From Candidatus Omnitrophota bacterium (GTDB lineage Bacteria; Omnitrophota; Gorgyraeia; Zapsychrales; Fredricksoniimonadaceae): 64,000 bases of DNA. This document shows positions 1 to 10,617 of the stretch, in pieces (positions within the stretch are counted from its first letter, which is position 1; each line of letters starts with the position of its first letter). Position numbers and translations under genes: made by a program. The stretch spans positions 39,807 through 103,806 of the forward strand of contig JAGWOI010000005.1 in NCBI GenBank assembly GCA_028870995.1. Reading direction: 5' to 3'. Below the pieces are notes generated by a model that was not told the DNA's origin, made no database searches, and saw only the letters and a list, made by a program, of their open reading frames with translations.

Positions 1-1
1 C

Positions 2-730
2 ACCACACAACGCCAGTTTATGGAAGACATTTCCCATGAGCTTAAGACACCATTGTCCATATTGAAGGGGGAGTTGGAAGTGACCCTGAAAAAGATCCGG
101 TCAGCCCAGGAGTATGAGGCGTCCTTACAGAGTATCCTGGAAGAGGTCGATAGTCTGGTGGGAATTGTAGGAAATCTTCTGACCCTGGCGCGCTTCGATT
201 CCAAAACTACCGTACTGGATGCCCGCCGGCTGGACCTTAATTTATTGGTCAAGGACGCGGTGGAAGTCGTCCAGGTGCTGGCCAGCCAAAAAGGCATCAC
301 GCTTCAATATAACGGTGCCCATACCGTGGAGGCAGTGGTGGACAAGAACCAGGTCAGGAGAATGGTTCTTAATATTTTGGACAATGCCATTAAATACACC
401 CCGGCGGGCGGGAAAATTTCAGTGGACCTGCGCCGGCAGGGGGACACCGTAGATATTGACATCGCAGATACAGGTATCGGTATTCCTCAAAGGGACCTGC
501 CTCATATTTTTGACCGGTTCTACCGCGTTGACAAGTCCCGCAGCAGCACCGGTTTCGGGTTGGGTTTAAGCATTGCGCAATCCATCGCCGCCGCGCATGG
601 GGGCAGGCTTACGGCCAGGGCCAATATCCCTCAAGGGACCGTCTTTACCATCTCTCTGCCGGTAAAATCCGGCGGCGACAAGGCGGAGGCCCTTCTCAAG
701 CATGAGGGGGCTAAGGTTATAGAATTTTAA
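2..730 (+). CDS. Sensor histidine kinase, OmpR-partner (CusS/QseC-like) type; 5'-partial
   Basis: H-box ISHELKTP, N-box NILDNAIKY, G1 DTGIGI, F-box IFDRFYRVD, G2 GFGLGLSI; frame is open to the window edge (TTQRQF precedes the Met at 20). Confidence 0.93.
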   Translation, partial: TTQRQFMEDISHELKTPLSILKGELEVTLKKIRSAQEYEASLQSILEEVDSLVGIVGNLLTLARFDSKTTVLDARRLDLNLLVKDAVEVVQVLASQKGITLQYNGAHTVEAVVDKNQVRRMVLNILDNAIKYTPAGGKISVDLRRQGDTVDIDIADTGIGIPQRDLPHIFDRFYRVDKSRSSTGFGLGLSIAQSIAAAHGGRLTARANIPQGTVFTISLPVKSGGDKAEALLKHEGAKVIEF

Positions 731-770
731 TTCTATTCTAATTATCGTTTAATCTTGGAATATTTAAACT
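726..770 (+). promoter_or_regulatory. Three 11-bp-phased T(T/C)TAAT direct repeats followed by a TAAACT -10; candidate response-regulator-activated promoter
   Basis: TTTAAT 726-731, TCTAAT 737-742, TTTAAT 748-753; TAAACT 765-770. Confidence 0.55.
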
Positions 771-780
771 AATCTCTCAT

Positions 781-1140
781 ATGAGATCAGTCTTCTTTAT
801 TTTAGCGGTATTGGCCTTGTCCAGTTCGAGAAGCTGGGCCTGGTTGGATGACCCGGCCATGGCCGCATCTGTTATTGAAAGTACGCGTACCATTTCGGGC
901 GGCGTGGTTAAATCCGTTTCTTGGGCTGACCCAACCAAGGAGACAAAGTCTGAAATTGTGGTGACTGACCCTTCCCGAAAGACCACGCACGTTGTCATTA
1001 CCGGCACCACCACCCTCTGGGGTGCTGATGACAAGGCGATTATGCCCGATAAAATCCGGCCCAGGGCCCGCGTGAATGTCATTTATTTCACCACCCCCGA
1101 AGGCATCAATATCGGCCAATCCGTCAAGGTCCTTAAATAG
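781..1140 (+). CDS. Small exported hypothetical protein, probable OB-like beta-barrel
   Basis: Signal-peptide-like N-terminus MRSVFFILAVLALSSSRSWA; beta-rich mature part. Confidence 0.7.
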   Translation: MRSVFFILAVLALSSSRSWAWLDDPAMAASVIESTRTISGGVVKSVSWADPTKETKSEIVVTDPSRKTTHVVITGTTTLWGADDKAIMPDKIRPRARVNVIYFTTPEGINIGQSVKVLK

Positions 1141-1158
1141 CCAACCTTCCTTCCGGCA

Positions 1159-1187
1159 TTGACATATCAAAAGCCTTTCTATATAAT
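1159..1187 (+). promoter_or_regulatory. Sigma70 consensus promoter for the leuC operon
   Basis: TTGACA 1159-1164, 17-bp spacer, TATAAT 1182-1187 (perfect consensus). Confidence 0.9.
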
Positions 1188-1223
1188 CAAAATTTCAATC
1201 TAAAGGCCTAAGGAAAAGGTGTT

Positions 1224-2636
1224 ATGGGACAAACAATGTTTGAGAAAATATGGCAGGACCACTTGGTCAGGGAGTCCCAGGGGGATACTTCCCTAATATA
1301 TATAGACCTGCACCTGGTGCATGAAGTGACCAGTCCCCAGGCTTTTGCGGCCTTACGGGAGAACAGCAGGCCCGTGCGCTGTCCGGCCAAGACCGTGGCC
1401 ACCATGGACCATAACGTGTCCACCAGGACCAAGGATATCACCCGAGTGGAAGCCACTTCCCGCACGCAGATGGAAACCCTGTCCAAGAATTGCCGTGATT
1501 TCGGTATCAAGGTGTACGATTTTGCTGACAAGGACCAGGGCATCGTGCATGTCATCGGCCCTGAGCAGGGCCTGACTCTGCCCGGCATGACCATTGTCTG
1601 CGGCGATTCGCATACCGCCACCCATGGCGCTTTCGGTGCCCTGGCCTTCGGCATCGGCACCTCCGAGGTGGAGCATGTGCTGGCGACCCAGACCCTGCAG
1701 CAAAACAAGCCCAAGACCATGCTGATCAATATCGACGGGAAATTGGCCAGGGGGGTTGTGTCCAAGGACATTATTTTATATATTATCGGTCTTATCGGCA
1801 CCGCCGGGGGTACAGGTTATGTCATTGAGTATGCAGGTTCGGCGATCAGAGACCTGTCCATGGAAGCCCGCATGACGATTTGCAATATGTCCATCGAGGC
1901 CGGCGCCCGTGCCGGGATGATCGCGCCTGACGAAACGACCTTTAATTACATCATGGGCCGGGATTTCGCGCCCAAAGGCCCTGATTGGACCAAGGCCGTG
2001 GCTTACTGGAAGACCCTGCCCAGCGACAAGGACGCCAAATTCGACAAGGTCATTAACATCAGGGCCGAGGACATCGGTCCCATGGTGACCTGGGGCACAT
2101 CGCCGGGGCAGGTGACCGCTGTCGATGGGATAGTGCCTGATCCGGAAGCCATGAAGGACCCGGTTGAACGCGCCGCGGCCAGGAACGCGCTGAGCTATAT
2201 GGATTTGAAACCCGGCACGAAAATGACGGATATCAAGATCGATAAGGTCTTTATCGGCTCCTGCACCAACGGACGCATTGAGGACCTGCGCGCCGCGGCC
2301 CAGATCGTACAGGGCCGCCGGGTGGCTCCGGGTATTGAAGCGATCGTGGTGCCCGGATCAGGGCGTGTCCGCCTTCAGGCAGAGAAAGAAGGCCTGGACA
2401 AGATATTTATCAATGCCGGCATGGAATGGCGCTTTGCGGGCTGTTCCATGTGTCTGGGCATGAACGACGACCAACTGAAGAAGGGGGAGCGTTGCGCCTC
2501 CAGCAGCAACCGCAACTTCGAAGGCCGGCAGGGGCCGGGCGGCCGCACCCACTTAATGAGTCCCCAAATGGCGGCCATCGCCGCCCTGGAAGGCAAAATC
2601 ACGGATATCCGCATAACAAGCGAGCGTACGACTTAA
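1224..2636 (+). CDS. leuC: 3-isopropylmalate dehydratase large subunit
   Basis: [55 protein letters not shown]. Confidence 0.97.
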   Translation: MGQTMFEKIWQDHLVRESQGDTSLIYIDLHLVHEVTSPQAFAALRENSRPVRCPAKTVATMDHNVSTRTKDITRVEATSRTQMETLSKNCRDFGIKVYDFADKDQGIVHVIGPEQGLTLPGMTIVCGDSHTATHGAFGALAFGIGTSEVEHVLATQTLQQNKPKTMLINIDGKLARGVVSKDIILYIIGLIGTAGGTGYVIEYAGSAIRDLSMEARMTICNMSIEAGARAGMIAPDETTFNYIMGRDFAPKGPDWTKAVAYWKTLPSDKDAKFDKVINIRAEDIGPMVTWGTSPGQVTAVDGIVPDPEAMKDPVERAAARNALSYMDLKPGTKMTDIKIDKVFIGSCTNGRIEDLRAAAQIVQGRRVAPGIEAIVVPGSGRVRLQAEKEGLDKIFINAGMEWRFAGCSMCLGMNDDQLKKGERCASSSNRNFEGRQGPGGRTHLMSPQMAAIAALEGKITDIRITSERTT

Positions 2637-2668
2637 AGAAAGCATTACCAAGGAAGGAACAGGGAATC

Positions 2669-3286
2669 TTGCAACCGTTTAAAACGCATACAGGCATTGC
2701 AGCACCCTTGGACCGCGTCAACGTGGACACCGACGCCATCATTCCCAAGCAGTTTTTAAGGAAGATTGAAAAGGCCGGTTTCGGTAAACATCTTTTTCAC
2801 GAATGGCGCTTTACGGATTATGAGGGCACCAAGGAGAACGCGGATTTTATTTTAAACCAGCCAACCTACCGCAAGGCCACCGTTTTGTTGGCGCGTGATA
2901 ATTTCGGTTGCGGTTCCAGCCGTGAGCATGCGCCATGGGCCCTGGGTGATTTTGGTTTTAAGGTGATCATTGCGCCATCCTTTGCCGACATTTTTTATAA
3001 CAACTGCGTGAAGAACGGTATTTTATTGGTGCGCTTGAGTTCCAAGGAGGTGGATGAGATTTTTGCTTTTTTAGGAAAGAACAAAGGCGCCGTGATTAGT
3101 GCTGATTTACCGGCACAGACCGTGACAGCAGGGCAGAAGACTTATAAATTCCAAATTGATGCATTTAATAAAGAATGCCTTTTGAAGGGCCTGGATTCGA
3201 TCGGCTGGACCCTGCAATACCAGGACAAGATCGCTGCTTACGAAAATAAACTTAAATCCGAGCACCCGTGGCTTATGAGGGCCTAA
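2669..3286 (+). CDS. leuD: 3-isopropylmalate dehydratase small subunit (TTG start inferred)
   Basis: [37 protein letters not shown]; purine-rich RBS precedes TTG at 2669; upstream ORF extension overlaps leuC. Confidence 0.95.
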   Translation: MQPFKTHTGIAAPLDRVNVDTDAIIPKQFLRKIEKAGFGKHLFHEWRFTDYEGTKENADFILNQPTYRKATVLLARDNFGCGSSREHAPWALGDFGFKVIIAPSFADIFYNNCVKNGILLVRLSSKEVDEIFAFLGKNKGAVISADLPAQTVTAGQKTYKFQIDAFNKECLLKGLDSIGWTLQYQDKIAAYENKLKSEHPWLMRA

Positions 3287-3288
3287 AC

Positions 3289-4965
3289 ATGTCTGAGATC
3301 AGAAAATTTTCTTCCCTGGTTGTCGACGGCAATGACCGTGCGCCCAACCGTTCCATGCTGAGGGCCACCGGTTTTAAAGATGAGGATTTCCAAAAGCCGC
3401 AGATCGGCATTGTTTCCACCTGGAGCATGCTGACACCCTGCAATATGCACATCAACGAATTGGCCGACAAGGCCGTTGAGGGTACGGACGCTGCCGGCGG
3501 CAAGGGCATTATTTTCGGCACCATCACCGTGGCGGACGGCATTTCCATGGGCACCGAAGGCATGAAATATTCGCTGGTGTCCCGCGAGGTGATCGCCGAT
3601 TCTGTTGAGACCGTCGCAGGCTGCGAGGGTTTTGACGGCCTGGTGGCTGTTGGAGGCTGCGATAAAAACATGCCAGGCTGCCTGATCGCCATGGCCCGCC
3701 TGAACCGTCCGTCGGTATTTGTGTACGGCGGCACCATTCTTCCCGGCTGCTATCACGGGCAGAATGTTGATATCGTTTCCGTGTTTGAGGCTGTGGGCAA
3801 ACATGCGGCGCAAAAAATTTCTGATCATGAATTAAAAGAGATCGAAAGCTGTGCCATTCCCGGCCCCGGCTCCTGCGGCGGGATGTACACGGCCAATACC
3901 ATGGCCAGCGCCATCGAAGCGTTAGGGATGAGCCTGCCCAACAGTTCCATGCAGATCGCGGTATCCCGCGAAAAAGAACTGGATTGCTTTAATGCGGGCC
4001 AGGCCGTATTGAATTTGTTGAAATTAGGGATCAAGCCCCGGGATATCCTGACCAAGAAAGCTTTTGAAAACGCCATTACCGTGGTGACGGCCCTGGGCGG
4101 ATCGACGAATGCGGTCCTGCATCTGTTGGCCATTGCCGATGCTGTCGGCGTCAAATTAACGCTGGATGATTTTACCCGGGTGGGCAAGAAGGCGCCGGTG
4201 CTGGCTGATCTTAAGCCCAGCGGCCGCTTTGTGGCGGCGGAATTGGCCGCCATCGGCGGTTTGCTGCCCTTGATGAAGATGCTTTTGGACAAGGGGCTGC
4301 TGCACGGCGATTGCCTGACCGTGACCGGCAAAACCGTGCGCGAAAATTTAGCGAATGTAAAATCATACCCTGCAGGCCAAGAGATCATCAGGCCTTTTGA
4401 GAACCCTATTAAAAAGGAAGGTCACCTGGTCATTCTGTACGGCAATCTCGCCAGCGAAGGGGCTGTGGCCAAGATCACCGGCAAGGAAGGGCTGGTTTTT
4501 ACCGGTCGTGCCAAAGTTTTTGATTCTGAAGAAGCGGCCCTTAAAGCCATTTTAGACGGCAAGGTTGTCAAAGGCGATGTGGTGGTGGTGCGTTATGAAG
4601 GCCCGCGCGGCGGTCCGGGCATGCGCGAGATGCTTTCTCCCACATCCGCCATCATGGGCAAGGGGCTTGGCAAGGACGTGGCCCTGATCACCGATGGACG
4701 TTTTTCCGGCGGCAGCCACGGCTTTGTGGTGGGGCATATTACGCCTGAAGCATTTAACGGCGGGCTTTTGGGGATCATCAAAAATGGCGATACCATCACC
4801 ATCGATGCCGCCAAGCGGCAGATCAATCTGGATTTGCCGGCGGCGGAAATCAAAAAACGTCAAAAGGCATGGAAGCAGCCCAAGCCCAGATATACCAAAG
4901 GGGTTTTGGCCAAATACGCTAAACTTGTCACCAGCGCCTCGACCGGTGCGGTGACCGACAAATAA
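3289..4965 (+). CDS. ilvD: Dihydroxy-acid dehydratase
   Basis: [44 protein letters not shown]. Confidence 0.97.
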   Translation: MSEIRKFSSLVVDGNDRAPNRSMLRATGFKDEDFQKPQIGIVSTWSMLTPCNMHINELADKAVEGTDAAGGKGIIFGTITVADGISMGTEGMKYSLVSREVIADSVETVAGCEGFDGLVAVGGCDKNMPGCLIAMARLNRPSVFVYGGTILPGCYHGQNVDIVSVFEAVGKHAAQKISDHELKEIESCAIPGPGSCGGMYTANTMASAIEALGMSLPNSSMQIAVSREKELDCFNAGQAVLNLLKLGIKPRDILTKKAFENAITVVTALGGSTNAVLHLLAIADAVGVKLTLDDFTRVGKKAPVLADLKPSGRFVAAELAAIGGLLPLMKMLLDKGLLHGDCLTVTGKTVRENLANVKSYPAGQEIIRPFENPIKKEGHLVILYGNLASEGAVAKITGKEGLVFTGRAKVFDSEEAALKAILDGKVVKGDVVVVRYEGPRGGPGMREMLSPTSAIMGKGLGKDVALITDGRFSGGSHGFVVGHITPEAFNGGLLGIIKNGDTITIDAAKRQINLDLPAAEIKKRQKAWKQPKPRYTKGVLAKYAKLVTSASTGAVTDK

Positions 4966-4966
4966 T

Positions 4967-6034
4967 ATGGCTGGAAATTCATTCGGACAGCTCTTTAAGA
5001 TCACCACCTTCGGCGAAAGCCACGGGCCTGCCATCGGTGTTGTCATCGACGGCGTGCCGCCCAAACTGCCTTTGTCCGAAGCGGATATCCAAAAAGATCT
5101 GGACCGCCGGCGCCCCGGCCAAAGCAAGATCACCACTCAGCGTCAGGAAGCGGACAAGGCTGAAATTCTCTCCGGTGTCTTCGAAGGCAAGACCACGGGC
5201 GCCCCCCTGGCCATCCTCATCCGTAACGAAGACCAGCGTTCCAAAGATTACGAAAACATCAAGGATGTGTTCCGTCCCGGCCATGCGGATTTTAGTTACA
5301 TGGCTAAATACGGCATCCGCGATTACCGTGGCGGCGGGCGTTCGTCAGGGCGTGAGACCGCCTGCCGGGTGGCGGCCGGTGCCGTGGCCAAAAAGATTTT
5401 AGCCAAACATAAGGTGGAGATCATCGTTTACACTTTGTCTGTGGCCGGCACCTACGCGCAGGACATTGATTTTGGCGTTATTGAAAAGAATCCGGTACGC
5501 ACTGCTGACATGAAGGCCGCCGGCCTCATGACCGCCAAGATCGAGGAGGCGCGCAAGAACGGCGATTCCCTGGGCAGCACTCTTCAGTGCATTGTGAAAA
5601 ATTGTCCGCCCGGCTTAGGCGATCCGTGTTTTGACAAACTCAATGCACGCCTGGCCCAGGCCCTGATGTCCATTGCCACGGTCAAAGGGATCGAATTCGG
5701 CGACGGTTTCAGCGCCAGCCAATTGACAGGCTCCATCAACAACGACCGGTTTGTCCTTAAGGGCAAGAAGGTGGGCACGGACACCAACCATTCCGGCGGC
5801 ATCATGGGCGGCATATCCACCGGTGAAGACATCACCATCCGTATGGCCTTAAAACCGCCCTCATCCATTGCCAAGCTTCAAAAGACACTCAATGAGAAAC
5901 ACGAGGAAGTCGAGGTTCAGGTCAAAGGCCGTCATGATCCGTGTTTGGCACCGAGGGTCGTTCCCGTCGCGGAAGCCATGATCGCCCTGACTCTCGTGGA
6001 TTGCTTGTTGATTCAAAAAGCCACCAATCTCTAA
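4967..6034 (+). CDS. aroC: Chorismate synthase
   Basis: GESHG, RPGHAD, GGGRSSGRET, GRHDPC. Confidence 0.97.
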   Translation: MAGNSFGQLFKITTFGESHGPAIGVVIDGVPPKLPLSEADIQKDLDRRRPGQSKITTQRQEADKAEILSGVFEGKTTGAPLAILIRNEDQRSKDYENIKDVFRPGHADFSYMAKYGIRDYRGGGRSSGRETACRVAAGAVAKKILAKHKVEIIVYTLSVAGTYAQDIDFGVIEKNPVRTADMKAAGLMTAKIEEARKNGDSLGSTLQCIVKNCPPGLGDPCFDKLNARLAQALMSIATVKGIEFGDGFSASQLTGSINNDRFVLKGKKVGTDTNHSGGIMGGISTGEDITIRMALKPPSSIAKLQKTLNEKHEEVEVQVKGRHDPCLAPRVVPVAEAMIALTLVDCLLIQKATNL

Positions 6035-6035
6035 T

Positions 6036-6887
6036 ATGCAGAATCAGAAAGTCATTCTTGTCACCGGCTGCTCCAGCGGCTTTGGTCTGTTGACGGCTGT
6101 GCGCCTGGCGGCCGGCGGCCATCTGGTCTGGGCCTCCATGAGGGACCTTTCCAAAAGAACCCGGCTGGAAGAGCAGTTGACCCGCAGGGGCGTCCAGGCC
6201 GTTATCCGCGAGCTTGATGTGACAAAGCCCTCGGTTATCAAGAATGTCATTGATGAGATTTTAAAGACCCATGGGCGCATCGATGTCCTGGTCAACAATG
6301 CAGGGTACAGCATGACGGGTTTTTTCGAAGATTTAAGCGAGGAAGAGATCAGGGCGCAGATGGAAACCAATTTTTTCGGCGTCCAGCATCTCTGCCGCCA
6401 GGTCGTCCCTTTAATGCGTCAACGCGGTGCAGGGAAGATCATCAACATCTCCAGCATCGCCGGGCAGGTGGCCACGCCGGGGTTAGGCGCCTATAATGCC
6501 AGCAAATGGGCCCTGGAGGGTTTCAGCGAAAGCCTGTATTTCGAACTTCGGCCTTTTGGGGTCTCCGTCGTTCTCATTGAACCCGGGCTGTATCCCACGG
6601 ATCTTTTTACCAAGAATGTGCTTTATGCCAAAGGCGTGGATAATCCTCAAAGTCCATATTTCCGTTACAGTCAGAGATTAAAACAGATTTTACAGATGTC
6701 TCTTAAGAAGATCGGCCGGGACCCTGACGAGATAGCTAAGCTTATCGAACGGATCATCAACGACCCGAATCCCCGCTTGCGTTACATCTCGGATTTTTCA
6801 TCCTGGGCCCGCGTGATGGCCCAACAAGTGCTGCCTAAAAACTGGGTCGCTTATATTATCGGGAGAGTTATCAATGCAAACAAATAA
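6036..6887 (+). CDS. Short-chain dehydrogenase/reductase (17beta-HSD-like classical SDR)
   Basis: TGCSSGFG, NNAG, catalytic YNASK. Confidence 0.92.
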   Translation: MQNQKVILVTGCSSGFGLLTAVRLAAGGHLVWASMRDLSKRTRLEEQLTRRGVQAVIRELDVTKPSVIKNVIDEILKTHGRIDVLVNNAGYSMTGFFEDLSEEEIRAQMETNFFGVQHLCRQVVPLMRQRGAGKIINISSIAGQVATPGLGAYNASKWALEGFSESLYFELRPFGVSVVLIEPGLYPTDLFTKNVLYAKGVDNPQSPYFRYSQRLKQILQMSLKKIGRDPDEIAKLIERIINDPNPRLRYISDFSSWARVMAQQVLPKNWVAYIIGRVINANK

Positions 6888-7161
6888 AACATCTTACCAG
6901 CGTCAAATCTTCGTATGCACCAACAACGCCAACGGTGAAAAAGCCTCCTGCGGGGATCACCAGGGCGAGGAGGTTTTCCGTCAATTGCGCGAGATCGCCA
7001 AGCAGCGTAAGCTTCATCCGAATATCCGGGTCGCCCAAGCCAAGTGCCTCGGCCAGTGCAACAAGGGTGTCAATATCATGATTTATCCCGAGAATATCTG
7101 GCACAGCGACGTGCGGATGGAAGATGTGCCGGCCTTGGCGGATAAATACATTCAAACATGA
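6874..7161 (+). CDS. Thioredoxin-like [2Fe-2S] ferredoxin
   Basis: IFVCTN...SC...KCLGQC...IYPENIW Cys pattern. Confidence 0.88.
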   Translation: MQTNKTSYQRQIFVCTNNANGEKASCGDHQGEEVFRQLREIAKQRKLHPNIRVAQAKCLGQCNKGVNIMIYPENIWHSDVRMEDVPALADKYIQT

Positions 7162-7811
7162 GCGGGGCTCCAGTGGTATTCGAAAATGTCATTCAAAGGT
7201 CATTTGCGTTACTAATTTTTGTGCTGGCTCTATTTTCGCCGGCCTATGCTCAATCACCCATGAATGGCACCGGTCAGGGCATGGCCTCTCTTAAGTCTGG
7301 TAATACGGCCGGGGCGCTCGAGGCCTTCAACAAGGCCATTGCCGTTGATCATAACGATGCCGTTGCCTACCTTGACCGTGCCATTGCTTACGCTGATCTA
7401 AAAAAACTTCCCGAGGCCATTTCAGATACGACTCAGGCTATTGAAATCGATCCTAAAAATGCCGCAGCCTATTATCTGCGGGGGTCCATTTATTATGCGC
7501 AAGGGCAGGGTATGGCCGCTATCGCCGATTTCAGCCAGGCTATTGCGCTTAAGCCTAAAGTGTCCAAAGGCTACATGAGCAGGGCGCTTACCTATCTGCG
7601 CGAGGATGATCCCCAAAAGGCTGCCGCGGACCTGACCAAGGTGGAAGAATTAAACCCTAAATACGGCCATGCTTATTATAATTTAGCCGTGGCCTATTAT
7701 CAGCTTAAGCAATACAATAAAGCTTGGGAACAGGTGCATAAGGCTCAAGAGTTGGGAGTAGCGATCAACCCTAAATTTATCGATAGCCTCAAGGAGGCCG
7801 CAGTTAAGTGA
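7158..7811 (+). CDS. Exported tetratricopeptide repeat protein
   Basis: Hydrophobic signal ending AYA; repeated AYxxRA/G...AIxD...AI TPR units; exact start uncertain. Confidence 0.88.
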   Translation: MSGAPVVFENVIQRSFALLIFVLALFSPAYAQSPMNGTGQGMASLKSGNTAGALEAFNKAIAVDHNDAVAYLDRAIAYADLKKLPEAISDTTQAIEIDPKNAAAYYLRGSIYYAQGQGMAAIADFSQAIALKPKVSKGYMSRALTYLREDDPQKAAADLTKVEELNPKYGHAYYNLAVAYYQLKQYNKAWEQVHKAQELGVAINPKFIDSLKEAAVK

Positions 7812-8434
7812 TCATCGAATGTAGTCAATACACAGCGGACCAGCTTTACTTTATTCTGATCCAGCTTGTGCTGCCAAGACCCATCGCCTGGGTCCTTTCC
7901 GACAACGGCAACGGCACTTATAACCTGGCGCCGTTTTCTTTCTTTAATGCCATCACCTCCAATCCGCCCATTCTGATGATCTCCGTCGGGTGGAAGAATG
8001 ATGAAACCAAGAAAGACACCTGGGTCAACATCAGCGAGCGCAGCCATTTCGTCGTCCATATTCCTGCCGGCGCACAGGTCCATGAAGTCAGCAATTCATC
8101 GACGGTGCTGCCTCACGGCGCCTCCGAAATTGACCGCTTCGGCATCACCGTCGAAAACCTGGAAGGCTGGTCCCTGCCTAAGGTCAGGGGGGCCGGGATT
8201 GCCTTTCTTTGCGAAAAATACGCCATCCATGAGATAGGCGCCGATCCGCAAGCGCTGATCCTGGGCAAGATCAACTGCATTTGGATCGACGAGGAAGCGG
8301 TCAGCCGTCCTAACAACCGTATCGTTATTGATCCTGTTAAGATCGATCCTCTGGCTCGCCTGGGAGGCAATCACTACGCGCTGTTGGGGGAAGTGCTCAC
8401 CGTCAAAAGACCTGACAAACCGGAAGGGGGATGA
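7808..8434 (+). CDS. Flavin reductase-like (split-barrel FMN-binding) protein
   Basis: PRPIAWV, NLAPFSFFN, KDTWVNI, PLARLGG. Confidence 0.9.
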   Translation: MIIECSQYTADQLYFILIQLVLPRPIAWVLSDNGNGTYNLAPFSFFNAITSNPPILMISVGWKNDETKKDTWVNISERSHFVVHIPAGAQVHEVSNSSTVLPHGASEIDRFGITVENLEGWSLPKVRGAGIAFLCEKYAIHEIGADPQALILGKINCIWIDEEAVSRPNNRIVIDPVKIDPLARLGGNHYALLGEVLTVKRPDKPEGG

Positions 8435-8438
8435 GACT

Positions 8439-8582
8439 ATGGCTAAAATCACCGTTTTCAAAATCAAGAACCGCAGCGGTTTTGCCGCCGTTTGCAACGG
8501 GCACCTGACCGAAGGACGGAGCAAGGAACAGGCCCAGGATCGCATGACCAAGGCCTTGAAGCGCACCTCGAAGAGAAAATAA
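8439..8582 (+). CDS. Small basic hypothetical protein (47 aa)
   Basis: ATG 4 nt after the upstream stop with GGAAGGGGG RBS; MAKITVFKIKNRSGFAAVCNGHLTEGRSKEQAQDRMTKALKRTSKRK. Confidence 0.7.
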   Translation: MAKITVFKIKNRSGFAAVCNGHLTEGRSKEQAQDRMTKALKRTSKRK

Positions 8583-8611
8583 AATTTCCGGCGAAAAAAT
8601 TCAAAGCTTGA

Positions 8612-8640
8612 TTGCTTTTTACTCTTAAGCCTTCTATACT
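8612..8640 (+). promoter_or_regulatory. Sigma70-type promoter
   Basis: TTGCTT 8612-8617, 17 bp, TATACT 8635-8640; AAGGAGG RBS before ATG 8677. Confidence 0.7.
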
Positions 8641-8676
8641 TTAATTGAAATTATTTATTCTATTAAGGAGGCGCTT

Positions 8677-10524
8677 ATGAGCATGTTCGATAAGAACATC
8701 AGCCAGGAGAAGCTTAAGAGTCTCGAATTCGCCGAAGCTGCCCGCGAACAGGAATGGAAAGCCCCCAGTTTTGCCCTCAAACTTTTTCACGGATCCCTGG
8801 ATTTTAGTTTAATTCACCCTTTCCCCAAGCAAGACACTGCCGAGAAAAAGGCCTGCGATGACTACATGGTTCGGATGGAAAAATTTTTACGGGAAAACCT
8901 TAATCCCGATGAAGTCGACAAGACCGGTGATATCCCCAAGAAAGTCTATCAAGGCCTGGGGGATCTAGGCGCCTTCGCGTTGAAGATACCCAAGGAATAC
9001 GGCGGCATGGGGTTCAGCCAGTACAGCTATAACCGCATCATGCATTTGATCTCCAGCTACTGCGGTTCCACGGCGGTGCTGCTTTCCGCGCATCAGTCGA
9101 TCGGCGTGCCGCAGCCGCTGAAACTTTTCGGGACCCCTGAACAAAAGAAAAAATACCTGCCCATGTTCGCCAAAGGCGCGGTCTCGGCCTTTGCCTTGAC
9201 AGAACCTGAGGCCGGCTCCGATCCGCGCAACATGAGCACCACCGCGACCCCGACGGAAGACGGAAAGTATTTCCTGCTCAACGGTACCAAACTCTGGTGC
9301 ACCAACGGCCTGATCGCCGACGTGATGGTGGTGATGGCGGTGACGCCACCCAAGGTCGTCAAGGGCAAGGAGATCAAGCAGATCACCGCCTTCATCGTCG
9401 AAGGGTCCTGGCCGGGCATCGAGAAAGTCCACCGCTGCAGTTTCATGGGCCTGCACGGCATCCAGAACGGGCTTATGCGTTTCAATAATGTCAGGGTACC
9501 GCGCGAGAACATCCTTTTAGGTGAAGGGGAAGGTTTGAAGCTTGCCCTGGTTACGCTGAACACCGGCCGCCTGACATTGCCGGCGGCTTCGGCCGGTATC
9601 GGCAAATGGTGCCTGAACGTCTGCCGCCAATGGTCCACCAAGCGCCATCAATGGGGCTCTGCCATCGGCGAACACGAGGCCGTGGCCTTAAAATTAAATT
9701 ATGTGGCCTCCCATGCCTTTGCCATGGATGCCGTGGCCTGGCTGACGTCGGCTATGGCCGACGACAAGCACCGCGATATCCGTCTGGAGGCGGCCATTGC
9801 CAAGCTTTTCAGTACCGAAACCAGCTGGCAGATCGTCGATACGACCCTGCAGATCCGCGGCGGGCAGGGGTATGAAACATCCGAATCCCTGGCCAAACGC
9901 GGGATGGATTACTGGCCCGTGGAACGCGCCATGCGCGACGTGCGCATCAACCGCATCATTGAAGGCACCTCCGACATCATGCACCTGTTCATCGCGCGCG
10001 AAGCCTTGGACCCGCATTTGTCCAAAATCAAACCGCTCTTAAGCGGCAAGACGCCGGTCAATGTCAAGATGGGTGCCGCTTTTAAAATGGCCGCCTTTTA
10101 TGCCGCCTGGTATCCCAAACAGTGGCTTCCTCCGCTGGGCGGGCCCGGCGACCTACCGGAGCCCTTGAACGGGCACATGATGTTCGTCCAGGATGCCAGC
10201 AAGAAATTGGCCCGTCTGACCTTCCATGCGATGATGAAATATCAGCAGAAATTGGAGGCCAAGCAAAGCATCCTGAACCGGATCGTGGATATCGGCATGG
10301 AATTGTTCGTGATCTCCGCGGTGTGTTCCTACGCGGCCATGCTGGCCAAGGACGGTCAGGCCAATGCGGTGGAACTGGCCGACAGCTTTTGTATCGATGC
10401 CAGAAACCGGATAGAAGCTAGTTTCAAAGAGAGTGCTGAGAATGCCGACAGCAAGAAACTGAAGATCGCCAAAAAAATCTTAGCCAGAGAATTCGAGTGG
10501 TTGGAGAACCAAATTATTAAATAA
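8677..10524 (+). CDS. Acyl-CoA dehydrogenase, long form (VLCAD/ACAD9-like)
   Basis: AFALTEPEAGSD, NGTKLWCTNG, QIRGGQGY, RIIEGTSDI; C-terminal extension. Confidence 0.93.
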   Translation: MSMFDKNISQEKLKSLEFAEAAREQEWKAPSFALKLFHGSLDFSLIHPFPKQDTAEKKACDDYMVRMEKFLRENLNPDEVDKTGDIPKKVYQGLGDLGAFALKIPKEYGGMGFSQYSYNRIMHLISSYCGSTAVLLSAHQSIGVPQPLKLFGTPEQKKKYLPMFAKGAVSAFALTEPEAGSDPRNMSTTATPTEDGKYFLLNGTKLWCTNGLIADVMVVMAVTPPKVVKGKEIKQITAFIVEGSWPGIEKVHRCSFMGLHGIQNGLMRFNNVRVPRENILLGEGEGLKLALVTLNTGRLTLPAASAGIGKWCLNVCRQWSTKRHQWGSAIGEHEAVALKLNYVASHAFAMDAVAWLTSAMADDKHRDIRLEAAIAKLFSTETSWQIVDTTLQIRGGQGYETSESLAKRGMDYWPVERAMRDVRINRIIEGTSDIMHLFIAREALDPHLSKIKPLLSGKTPVNVKMGAAFKMAAFYAAWYPKQWLPPLGGPGDLPEPLNGHMMFVQDASKKLARLTFHAMMKYQQKLEAKQSILNRIVDIGMELFVISAVCSYAAMLAKDGQANAVELADSFCIDARNRIEASFKESAENADSKKLKIAKKILAREFEWLENQIIK

Positions 10525-10529
10525 TATGT

Positions 10530-10617
10530 CTCAACGGGTGGCCGAGGGAGGGGCATCCCCGCCGCGCGCAGGCTTTTGCGAGCACGGCGGGGAAACCCGA
10601 GGACAGGACCCGTTGAG
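10530..10617. repeat. GC-rich nested inverted-repeat element (REP/MITE-like or structured RNA)
   Basis: Perfect 10-bp outer IR CTCAACGGGT 10530-10539 / ACCCGTTGAG 10608-10617; inner IR CCCCGCCG 10557-10564 / CGGCGGGG 10585-10592. Confidence 0.6.

Noticed and set aside
2426-2668. 81-codon N-terminal extension of LeuD suggesting a leuC-leuD frameshift fusion
   Set aside because: Extension has no LeuD similarity and overlaps leuC; TTG at 2669 has an RBS and gives a normal N-terminus
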